A stretch of DNA of 64,000 bases from positions 1,166,369-1,230,368 of the forward strand of contig OZ240231.1 of assembly GCA_965197885.1 (NCBI GenBank). The letters run 5' to 3'. The first letter of the stretch is position 1, and the number at the start of each line of letters is the position of its first letter. Below the pieces are notes generated by a model. The model did no database searches and had not been told where the DNA came from. It saw only the letters and a program-made list of their open reading frames with translations. A program made the position numbers and the translations under genes. The stretch is from Thermodesulfobacteriota bacterium. Lineage in GTDB: Bacteria; Desulfobacterota_D; UBA1144; Nemesobacterales; Nemesobacteraceae. Below are positions 19,616 through 27,843 of this stretch, one piece after another.

Positions 19616-20798
19616 CATAGCGCTTTTCACCTATTCCACAAAACCCAGAGGAGGAGTGGTGCACACGCTTAACCTGGCGGAAAAACTGGAAGAACTTGGC
19701 CAGAAGGTTCATGTTTACGCGCTCGGGACGGAAGGCGGATTTTTCAGAGAAGTTGACGTTCCACACACTCTGGTGCCGTGTCCGAAAAACGAATTCGCCG
19801 GTATGGACGAAAAAATCCACGCCTATATAAAAGCATATGTCGATTACCTGAGCGGCCTTGACGAAACCTACGACATCTATCACGCCGAGGACTGCATATC
19901 AGCAAACGCGCTTTTGGATATAAGGCAAAGAGGTCACATAGAATTTTTTCTGAGAACCGTTCATCACGTTGACGATTTCGTATCGGAATCTCTCGTGGAA
20001 TGTCAGATGAAAAGCATAACGAGACCCGACCACCTGCTGGTCGTAAGCAATTACTGGGAAAAGGAACTCGCCGACAAATACTCCCTCAGACCGCTGCGGG
20101 TAAGAAACGGCGTTGACCTATCCAAGTTTCACGGCACGGCCACCCGAAGCAAAACCCCCGAGGCCTCGAAGCTTGAATTTTCAGCCGGCGGATGCAAGAC
20201 GGTTCTCACGATCGGCGGTATTGAACCCCGGAAAAACACGATATCAACCCTAAGGGCGTTTGCCCGGGTAAAAGCGCGCTTCGCGGTAAAGGACAAGCGG
20301 GTAATCTGGCTGCTTGGAGGCGGGGAAACGCTTTTTGACTACAGGGATTACCGCAAGGAGTTTTTCTTCGAGATGGAAAAACTGGGAATAGAAGAGGGAA
20401 AAGATATTTTCATTCTGGGAAGGGTTCCCGAAGAACTGATTGCCGATCTTTATAACGCTGCTGACGTTTTCGTTTTTCCCTCGTTAAAAGAGGGCTGGGG
20501 ACTCGTGGTGCTCGAAGCCATGGCTTCCGGAGTGCCGGTTATAGCATCCGACATAGAGCCGCTTACTGAATTTATGGAAGACGGGAAAAACTCCCTGCTT
20601 GTCTCCCCTCTGGATTGCGGGGCTCTCGCGGAGGGAATTATCAGAATACTGGAAGACGGGGCGCTGCGTGAAAAACTCAAAACCGGCGGCACGGACACCG
20701 CGGGACAATACGGATGGGACCGTGTGGCGCTTGAACATTTGAACATATACAGGGATATACTGAATACGGGTGTTTCGCACGTAGCGGAAAAGAGGTGA
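19602..20798 (+). CDS. GT4-family glycosyltransferase, MSMEG_0565-type
   Basis: ATG 19602 follows GGAGG. The N-terminus reads FTYSTKPRGGVVHTL, and the C-terminal GT-B E-x7-E region reads FPSLKEGWGLVVLEAMASGVPV. It overlaps the DUF2877 stop by 14 nt. Confidence 0.8.
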   Translation: MKRLNIALFTYSTKPRGGVVHTLNLAEKLEELGQKVHVYALGTEGGFFREVDVPHTLVPCPKNEFAGMDEKIHAYIKAYVDYLSGLDETYDIYHAEDCISANALLDIRQRGHIEFFLRTVHHVDDFVSESLVECQMKSITRPDHLLVVSNYWEKELADKYSLRPLRVRNGVDLSKFHGTATRSKTPEASKLEFSAGGCKTVLTIGGIEPRKNTISTLRAFARVKARFAVKDKRVIWLLGGGETLFDYRDYRKEFFFEMEKLGIEEGKDIFILGRVPEELIADLYNAADVFVFPSLKEGWGLVVLEAMASGVPVIASDIEPLTEFMEDGKNSLLVSPLDCGALAEGIIRILEDGALREKLKTGGTDTAGQYGWDRVALEHLNIYRDILNTGVSHVAEKR

Positions 20799-20803
20799 AA
20801 ACA

Positions 20804-21196
20804 ATGAAAGTCGAGGCAACCTGGAAAAAAAACTATCAGGTGACCGTAAACGCAAGGCAGTTCGATATACCGGTTGACGAGGCGCCCGAATTCAGCGGGG
20901 ACGATACGGGGATGATGCCCACGGAGCTTTTTTTGTGTTCCCTGGCTTCATGCTTCTGTCTTGCCATCGTCTACGCGGCGAGCAGAAGGAAAATCGCGCT
21001 AAAAGACCTAAAAGTTGACGTTACGGGCGAGAAGGATAGGAGAAAATTTTTGTTTTCCAAGTGTATCATCAATGTTAAAAGCTCCATTGCCCGAACCAGC
21101 CTTGAAGACCTTATGGATTCGGCGAAGCGCTACTGTTTCATTACAAACACGATCAAGGGAGGCTGTCCGATCGAATACAGCGTAAACCCGGAGTGA
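20804..21196 (+). CDS. OsmC/Ohr-family protein
   Basis: The two conserved Cys contexts are present (LCSLASCF and RYCFITN). The protein is about 130 aa. An alternative GTG at 20795 overlaps the GT stop. Confidence 0.75.
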   Translation: MKVEATWKKNYQVTVNARQFDIPVDEAPEFSGDDTGMMPTELFLCSLASCFCLAIVYAASRRKIALKDLKVDVTGEKDRRKFLFSKCIINVKSSIARTSLEDLMDSAKRYCFITNTIKGGCPIEYSVNPE

Positions 21197-21208
21197 CGGA
21201 GCATATAA

Positions 21209-21664
21209 TTGGTCGTTGAATTCAAAATCAGAAAAAACGTCTACTATGATTCCCTGCGTCTTATGCGTATTTCGAAAACCGCGAGCGGGGCCGCAGGGGT
21301 AAAAAACGCCTTTGCGGTGATGGCGACCGATAAGGCCAAGTACGCTCTTAATTCCGCCGGGCTCCTGGCGCACGAGATCAAAAAAGCCAAAGGAAGTGAT
21401 CTGGTCATCATCGTTGAAGCGGAATCAAAGGAGCTTGCCAAACAAACGATTAATAGAATAGAAACGCTGATTTCATCAGATGATTCGCAATCGGCTTCGG
21501 CAGCGCCGAACATCCTCAATGAACAGTTACGGGTTGTTAACGTGGGCCTTGAGATATTCGGCGAGTCCTTGGCAGTCCAGGGAGTTGAGGTAAGGCACGT
21601 GGAATGGAAAGTTCCGGCGAAGGGAAACATGAAACTTGTAAATCTGTTAAAGAAAATGATGTAA
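21209..21664 (+). CDS. stand-alone FdrA N-terminal-domain paralogue
   Basis: The start is TTG behind GGAG. Residues 1-90 align by eye with FdrA 12513 (YYDSLRLMRIS / YQDSMKLMQIS; AFAVMATD / ASAIMATE; DLVIIVEAES / DLIIAVEAES). Confidence 0.7.
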   Translation: MVVEFKIRKNVYYDSLRLMRISKTASGAAGVKNAFAVMATDKAKYALNSAGLLAHEIKKAKGSDLVIIVEAESKELAKQTINRIETLISSDDSQSASAAPNILNEQLRVVNVGLEIFGESLAVQGVEVRHVEWKVPAKGNMKLVNLLKKMM

Positions 21665-21690
21665 TTTTCCCCGCGTGGAGGAGAAATTCA

Positions 21691-22275
21691 ATGAGTATAC
21701 GAAACCCCAAGGAATTAAAGGAAGTTCTCTCAAAACCCGAGAATCTGGGCAAGGCGCTCAGCAGGCACACCTACGGTATGCTATCATGGGTTGATCTGTT
21801 CGGTGCCAAGCTTCCCTCGGTTAACGGTATCGAAACCAAGATTATTGTCTCAAGAATAGTTGCCGATAATGCTAGGCATTCGAAACTTTTTTCCGACAGA
21901 GCAAAAGAGCTTGGCCAAAACCCCCAATCATACAGACCCCCTGAAATTGGACAGGAAATCTACGATCTTCTCGATACCTACAACGATACGTTTGACTGTC
22001 TCGCGTACGCCTGGGGATCGCTTGTGCATTTCAAGGAACTGCTGGAACTGTACATAAGCGTTGCCGACTCTCGAAGCCGGGAAATGCTACTTGAGGTGAA
22101 AAAAGACGTCGAGGGTCATTTATTGATGCTGCTGGGGTATTTCCAATCGCAAGCCGACAGCAATTCAAAAAAAGACCGCGCGGAAACCATAAAGACCGTT
22201 GCCGAAGATAAGTACGCCGAAAGAGAGGAACAAGAAATAAACTGGTACTCGCTTCCCGATGTCCCAAACGTTTGA
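21691..22275 (+). CDS. hypothetical all-alpha protein (possibly ferritin-like helical bundle)
   Basis: ATG 21691 follows GGAGGAG. The 194-aa sequence is helix-rich, and no clear di-iron ExxH pairs were seen. Confidence 0.5.
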   Translation: MSIRNPKELKEVLSKPENLGKALSRHTYGMLSWVDLFGAKLPSVNGIETKIIVSRIVADNARHSKLFSDRAKELGQNPQSYRPPEIGQEIYDLLDTYNDTFDCLAYAWGSLVHFKELLELYISVADSRSREMLLEVKKDVEGHLLMLLGYFQSQADSNSKKDRAETIKTVAEDKYAEREEQEINWYSLPDVPNV

Positions 22276-23098
22276 ACAGCTTCGAAAACCTCTGCCTCCC
22301 TACTCGGCGAAGAACATGTATTACAAGCTTCTCGCCGCTTTTCTCAGGACGTTCGGGAGACTGTCATACGGAATTGACACGGGGTTTACCTACGGGTTCG
22401 ACTCGGGAATTATCATGAACTACATCTACGATAACAAGGCGCGGGGAAGATTCGGCGTCGGGCGGGTTCTTGACAGGATGTTTCTGGATCAGGTTACGTG
22501 CAGAGCTTTCAGATCGATAAAGCAGATACAGATTGACATGATTGGTCAATATCTGCGGGAAAGGGATGAAAAGCCAACTTTCATAGTCGATCTCGCCTCG
22601 GGCAAAGCGGACTACATCTACGAAATCCTCAAATCATCCAACCGCAAACTTAAAGTCCTGCTCTGCGACATAGCGGAATCCTCTCTTCGCGAAAGCAGGA
22701 AAATCACAGATGAACTGGGTTTTGGCGATAAAGTGAGGTTCCGCCAAGGCGATGCGCTTGATACAGAAAATCTCAGATGTATAGAACCGAGGCCCGATCT
22801 TTTGATCGAGGTCGGCCTTTACGGGATCATACACGACGACGCCCTCCTGCGCGCCCACCTGCTTGATGTCGGAGAGATTCTTTGTCCCGAGGCTATCCTT
22901 TTTAACGTCCAGACGCAAAACCCGCAAATAGAGTCAATCGCGAGGGTTCTTCAGAACCAGCACGGAGAAAGATGCGTCTGGCATCTTCGGTCGGTGGAGA
23001 AAATCGTCAGCTGGGCGAGAGAAGCAGGATTCAGGGACCCTGAAATCGTAATGGACCCTTATAATATATACGCCGTTGTAATGATGAGGGGAAAGTAA
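22259..23098 (+). CDS. class I SAM-dependent methyltransferase
   Basis: Motif I-like segment FIVDLASGKADYI is followed by an acidic motif II (LLCDIAESS) and GDALD. Length is 279 aa. Confidence 0.7.
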   Translation: MSQTFEQLRKPLPPYSAKNMYYKLLAAFLRTFGRLSYGIDTGFTYGFDSGIIMNYIYDNKARGRFGVGRVLDRMFLDQVTCRAFRSIKQIQIDMIGQYLRERDEKPTFIVDLASGKADYIYEILKSSNRKLKVLLCDIAESSLRESRKITDELGFGDKVRFRQGDALDTENLRCIEPRPDLLIEVGLYGIIHDDALLRAHLLDVGEILCPEAILFNVQTQNPQIESIARVLQNQHGERCVWHLRSVEKIVSWAREAGFRDPEIVMDPYNIYAVVMMRGK

Positions 23099-23149
23099 TA
23101 AGATAGTGTTTTCCGGGATGAGTGATAACACAAATTCGGAGTTGCGCAA

Positions 23150-24559
23150 TTGAGCCAAAAACGGTTCGTACTAGGCTGGCAGTCGCAATCGGAAACATTG
23201 CCGCTGCTTGAGAGAACAAAATCCGGAAAACTGGATTCCGTCACGCAAAGCCCGCATGGAATGTGGAACTACATGACCTACAGGGACGCAATAAATATCC
23301 TGGGCATGGATCCGGCACGGATATATACTGACGGCAGAATTGACCTTGATCCGGAGCAGTGGGCCGACTTCGGCTGGATGCTCTGTCACTGTGGTCCTCC
23401 CGAAAGCGCGGTTCGGGAAATGAAAAAACGGACATTGCGCTCCAATATAAACCCCTACTCTCCCGATCTCATAAATCCTCTCAGGGATTTATGCGCCGAA
23501 TCTGTGTTCAAACGCAAAAGAGGTGGGGATTTCGAAGTGATAGGCACAGAGGGTGCGCAGGCGGGCATCTCCTATGTCCTTAACTCGTTTACGAATCCCG
23601 GCGATGAGGTAATAATCACCGACCCCGGTTACTTTCATTTCGAATCGGCAATCCTGATGGCGGGAGGAATCCCGGTAAAAACAACGCTTGACGCCGGTAA
23701 TGGGTTCAGGCTCGACCCGCTTGAAATTAAAAAGCTAATTTCCGAAAAAACGAAGATCATAATAGTCTGCGATCCGATAAACCCTTTCGGCACGATACAG
23801 AAAAAAGAGGAGCTAATGTCACTAATCGAGATCGCTAGGGATAACGACATCATAATAATAAACGACATAACCCATAACACGCACCGGATCAATCCCCGTA
23901 GCGAGCATTTTCCCATGAGTTCGCTTTGCAAAGAAACGAACACCGACAACGTGGTTTCGATCTACAGCGTCTCGCACGGGTACGGAATGGCCGCCGTTCG
24001 CATCGGTTTTCTCGCGGGACATCCGGATATCATGAAGGCGTGTCTCATGACGAAAATCTCCATGACGCGCCTCAACACCAACCTGATCGCCCAGTATGGA
24101 GCTCTGGCCGCTCTTAAGGACGCCGACTACATAACTGAAACAGAGGAGATTATCAGAACAAATTACCGTTTCATAAAAGACGTCGTGGCTCGCACTCCGG
24201 GAATAGAAATACCCGTCGAACCGAGTTACGGATTTTCCATGGTGATAGACGTAAGCGGCACAGGAGTAACGGCACAGGAACTGACAGTCTCTCTGTTTAA
24301 AAGAAAGATAGCCGTGTACCCCGGCGACGGTCTCGGGGACAGCGGCGCCACTGACTACGTCAGACTGAATTTTTCGCATTCCGACCAGCGGGCACTAAAA
24401 AGATTCGAAGATTCGGTCGATGAATCTATAAAAGAAGCCCAGACGGGTATTTACACGGAAGGCGTAATAAGGTTTTTCGAACAAAAACAAAACGAGAGGG
24501 CAGGATGGATCCTTCGGAAATTGAAAAACAGGTCAAAGGGCCGTCAAGCGGCATACTAG
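23150..24559 (+). CDS. fold-type I (class I/II) aminotransferase homologue lacking the Schiff-base lysine
   Basis: The protein has the motifs CDPINPFGT and VRLNFSH. The PLP-Lys motif reads SVSHGYGMAAVRIGF, with His (CAC 23975-23977) where S-x-S-K is expected. The start is uncertain (TTG 23150 or ATG 23261). Confidence 0.75.
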   Translation: MSQKRFVLGWQSQSETLPLLERTKSGKLDSVTQSPHGMWNYMTYRDAINILGMDPARIYTDGRIDLDPEQWADFGWMLCHCGPPESAVREMKKRTLRSNINPYSPDLINPLRDLCAESVFKRKRGGDFEVIGTEGAQAGISYVLNSFTNPGDEVIITDPGYFHFESAILMAGGIPVKTTLDAGNGFRLDPLEIKKLISEKTKIIIVCDPINPFGTIQKKEELMSLIEIARDNDIIIINDITHNTHRINPRSEHFPMSSLCKETNTDNVVSIYSVSHGYGMAAVRIGFLAGHPDIMKACLMTKISMTRLNTNLIAQYGALAALKDADYITETEEIIRTNYRFIKDVVARTPGIEIPVEPSYGFSMVIDVSGTGVTAQELTVSLFKRKIAVYPGDGLGDSGATDYVRLNFSHSDQRALKRFEDSVDESIKEAQTGIYTEGVIRFFEQKQNERAGWILRKLKNRSKGRQAAY

Positions 24560-25473
24560 ATCAAATAGGCAACACACCGCTTGTAAAGTTAAGCAACATT
24601 AGTTCCGGCCGTATCCCGAATTTTTACGCTAAACTCGAGTTCTTTAATCCTTCCGGAAGCATAAAAGACAGGGTGGCGCGATACATACTGGAGATTTCCG
24701 AAAAGAACAATCTATTAGAACCCGGAGGTCTGATAGTTGAATCCACCTCGGGTAATATGGGACTTTCCTTCGCGCTGATCGGTACGCTTAAGGGTTACAG
24801 GTGCCTGTTCGCCATTCCGGAAACCATAAGCGAAGAAAAAATAAAAACCCTCAGGCTGTTCGGTGCCGAGGTAGTTCTCACGCCGAGGGGACTGCCTCCG
24901 AGCGATGAGAGAAGCTGTTACAAGGTCGCTCAGAAAATCGCAAAGGAAAGGGGTGCCCTGTACATTAATCAGTACTTCAACGAGTTAAATCCCGAGTCGC
25001 ACTACCACTCGACGGGCCCCGAGATATGGAAACAGACCGCAGGGATGGTGGACGAAGTGTTTTGCGGTATAGGAACCGGAGGCACCATAAGCGGAGTCGG
25101 GAAATATCTTAAGGAAAAAAACCCCGGCATGAGAATGATAGGGGTGGAACCCGTGGGTTCGGTATTCAGTGAATATTACAGGGAAGGCACCGTCCCGCAG
25201 GCCGGCAATTTTGAAGTGGAGGGCATTGGAAAAAACTTTATTCCAGGGACACTTGATTTTGACTTCGTTGACGACGTGGTTCAAGTAAGCGACAAGCGCT
25301 CTTATGAGGCCGTAAACGACTTGATAAGCAGCGAAGGGATCCTTGCCGGAGGATCCGGCGGCGCCGTCATCGCGGCGGCGCTCGATTATTCCGGGTCGCT
25401 TGAAAAAAACCGGTGCGTCGTAGTAATACTGCCCGACACTGGACTTAAATACTTGTCGAAATTCGCCGTTTAA
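24505..25473 (+). CDS. cysteine synthase/cystathionine beta-synthase-family PLP enzyme (fold type II)
   Basis: The motifs NPSGSIKDR (PLP Lys), STSGNMG and GIGTGGTISG are present. Length is 322 aa. Confidence 0.85.
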   Translation: MDPSEIEKQVKGPSSGILDQIGNTPLVKLSNISSGRIPNFYAKLEFFNPSGSIKDRVARYILEISEKNNLLEPGGLIVESTSGNMGLSFALIGTLKGYRCLFAIPETISEEKIKTLRLFGAEVVLTPRGLPPSDERSCYKVAQKIAKERGALYINQYFNELNPESHYHSTGPEIWKQTAGMVDEVFCGIGTGGTISGVGKYLKEKNPGMRMIGVEPVGSVFSEYYREGTVPQAGNFEVEGIGKNFIPGTLDFDFVDDVVQVSDKRSYEAVNDLISSEGILAGGSGGAVIAAALDYSGSLEKNRCVVVILPDTGLKYLSKFAV

Positions 25474-25489
25474 CGCAATCCGTCATGTC

Positions 25490-26746
25490 ATGAAAAATAT
25501 TGAGCCCGCATACGTTGACAACCTTGTCAAGAGATACGGAAGCCCTTTATTCCTGGTATCCGCTGAAACACTTGAAAACAACGTCAGAGCATTTAAAAAG
25601 ATGTTCCGCGAAAAATACCCGAAGACCGAAGTCGCCTACGCTTACAAAGCAAATTATCTATCTCAGATTCTAAAGATAATCCACGAAGAAGGTGCTTGGG
25701 CCGAGGTCGCCTCCGGATTTGAATACGATATAGCAAGAAAACTGCAGGTTCCGGGCAGTGAAATAGTTTTTAACGGCCCCGGCAAAACCAAAGAAGATCT
25801 ACGCACCGCGGTTTCGCAGGGGGCGTTGGTAAACGTTGACAATGAAGATGAAATCAGCCTGCTTGGCGAGATTGCCAGCGAACTCAAAAGTTCCCTAGAC
25901 ATTGGAATCAGAATCAATGCGGATGTTGGAATAAATCAGAAAATTGACAGATTCGGCTTTAATCTTGAAACCGGAGAGGCATTCAGAATAGTGGGACTAT
26001 GCAAGGCGACAGGGGTTCTTAACGTCATCTGCCTCCACTTGCACCTAACAAGCTATATAGTTGAGACGGATGGGGAGGAAAAATATACGCCCGCGCAAAA
26101 CATAAAGCTTATCTGGCCCAAAAACGCCGACATGTATGAGATCGCCGCCAAAAAGATTTCAAGGCTGGTAAAAAGAATAGAAAAAGAACTTGGCGCCGAA
26201 ATAAAATATATAGACCTTGGCGGAGGGTTTCCCTCAATAAAAGACCTGAGCATCTATGTAAGCAAGGTGACGGAACCTTTAATCCACGAATTCGGAGAAG
26301 ACGGGCCGATTTTGCTTCTGGAGCCAGGAAGAGCTATCGTAAAGGACGCGATTTCCCTTATAACGACCGTGCTTGGTTCAAGGGAACTTGAAAACGGGCA
26401 GAGGGCTGTAACGACCGATGCCGGAATAAACAGCCTTCCCACTTCGTACTGGAGTTCCCAGGAGGTAAGACCGCTTAGACCTTCCAGAGAAAAGTTAAGA
26501 AACACAATAATATACGGTCCTTTATGTCTTCAAACGGATATCATTGCCAAAACACTCATAAACGAATTTGAGCGTGGGGATAAAATCGTCGTGGAAAACG
26601 TGGGAGCATACAACATTCCCCAGGGAAGCCCTTTTATTTACCCAAGACCCTGCGTCGTTATGCTCCAAGGCGCCGCGGCACGGGTGATCAGAAGAACTGA
26701 AACGGTTAATGACTTTTGGGAACTTGAAGAAGTAACGGATACCTGA
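25490..26746 (+). CDS. fold-type III PLP-dependent decarboxylase (ornithine/diaminopimelate decarboxylase family)
   Basis: The motifs YAYKAN (PLP Lys), DLGGGFP, EPGRAIV and GPLCLQTD are present. Length is 418 aa. Confidence 0.85.
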   Translation: MKNIEPAYVDNLVKRYGSPLFLVSAETLENNVRAFKKMFREKYPKTEVAYAYKANYLSQILKIIHEEGAWAEVASGFEYDIARKLQVPGSEIVFNGPGKTKEDLRTAVSQGALVNVDNEDEISLLGEIASELKSSLDIGIRINADVGINQKIDRFGFNLETGEAFRIVGLCKATGVLNVICLHLHLTSYIVETDGEEKYTPAQNIKLIWPKNADMYEIAAKKISRLVKRIEKELGAEIKYIDLGGGFPSIKDLSIYVSKVTEPLIHEFGEDGPILLLEPGRAIVKDAISLITTVLGSRELENGQRAVTTDAGINSLPTSYWSSQEVRPLRPSREKLRNTIIYGPLCLQTDIIAKTLINEFERGDKIVVENVGAYNIPQGSPFIYPRPCVVMLQGAAARVIRRTETVNDFWELEEVTDT

Positions 26747-26869
26747 AACCGCCGGTAGAACGTGGCCTAGACCTTTCCAGATATACAAAACCGGTTTACG
26801 CAGAAACAAATTGAAAAAAGTATCTCTTTATGTAATAATAACGCTCATTGCCTTTTTCAGGAGTGGATA

Positions 26870-27826
26870 ATGAACCCCGCTAACCCTTTTGCGTCCCTTC
26901 GGGAAGAAATGGATAAGCACGTAGTCGGACACGACGATGTAAAAACTGCTCTTCTTCTCGGAATAATCTCAAGAGAGCACATTTATATCGAAGGTCCTCC
27001 AGGTACGGCAAAGACCATGCTTTCGGAAATCGTTTCCAAGGCTGCCCAGCTTAATTTCTTTTTCTACCAGCTTCACAGAGACACAAGGCTCTCAGAACTT
27101 GTCGGAGACCTGACTATAGTGAAGGAAGAAACCGAACTAGGAGAAAGAATAAAGCAGGATATCATAAAGGGCGGAATACTGACGTCGGAGATTTGTCTTT
27201 TAGACGACATATCGCGCGCACCCGGGGAATCGCTCAATATCCTCCTGCGAATACTTAACGAAAGAAAATTCTTCACCGAACCCATTCCTCTTCTGACCGC
27301 GATAGCGACAAGCAACCCCACGGCGGACGAGTACTACAACGAACCCCTTGATCCGGCAAACCTTGACCGGTTCGTTCTTCAGGTAAAGGCCTTAGGAATT
27401 TCCTACGGAAGAAAATGGGATGAAGCCAGGAAGGTTATCGAGCTTTACGCCGAAAAGCCGTTTGAAGAAAAAATACCGAAAAGGGTAAGCAAAAAACTTT
27501 TCGACAGGAGCTACAAGAAACTTGAGAAGATGCAGATTCCGCCCGATGTACAGGAAGGTCTTGCGAAGTTTACGACCATAATGATTGAAGACTTCGGGCT
27601 TAACGAAACCAACTCCCTTATTTCCGACAGGACGTTTTTTGTAAAAGCGCTAAAGCTTATCCGCTCCCACGCGCTTCTAAACGAAAGGGAAGTATGCTCG
27701 AGGGAAGACCTTGAAGTTCTCAAATACATGACCGCATTTCGAGTTCCTCCCGACATCTACGAACAGATGGACAATATTCTTCGGAATATCGTTCAGGATA
27801 AAAAAAAAAGTCAGATGACCAGCTGA
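26870..27826 (+). CDS. MoxR-family AAA+ ATPase
   Basis: VVGHDDV is followed by the Walker A motif GPPGTAKT and the Walker B motif LLDDISRA. Length is 318 aa. Confidence 0.85.
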   Translation: MNPANPFASLREEMDKHVVGHDDVKTALLLGIISREHIYIEGPPGTAKTMLSEIVSKAAQLNFFFYQLHRDTRLSELVGDLTIVKEETELGERIKQDIIKGGILTSEICLLDDISRAPGESLNILLRILNERKFFTEPIPLLTAIATSNPTADEYYNEPLDPANLDRFVLQVKALGISYGRKWDEARKVIELYAEKPFEEKIPKRVSKKLFDRSYKKLEKMQIPPDVQEGLAKFTTIMIEDFGLNETNSLISDRTFFVKALKLIRSHALLNEREVCSREDLEVLKYMTAFRVPPDIYEQMDNILRNIVQDKKKSQMTS

Positions 27827-27843
27827 CGCCTGACCCGGATCAG

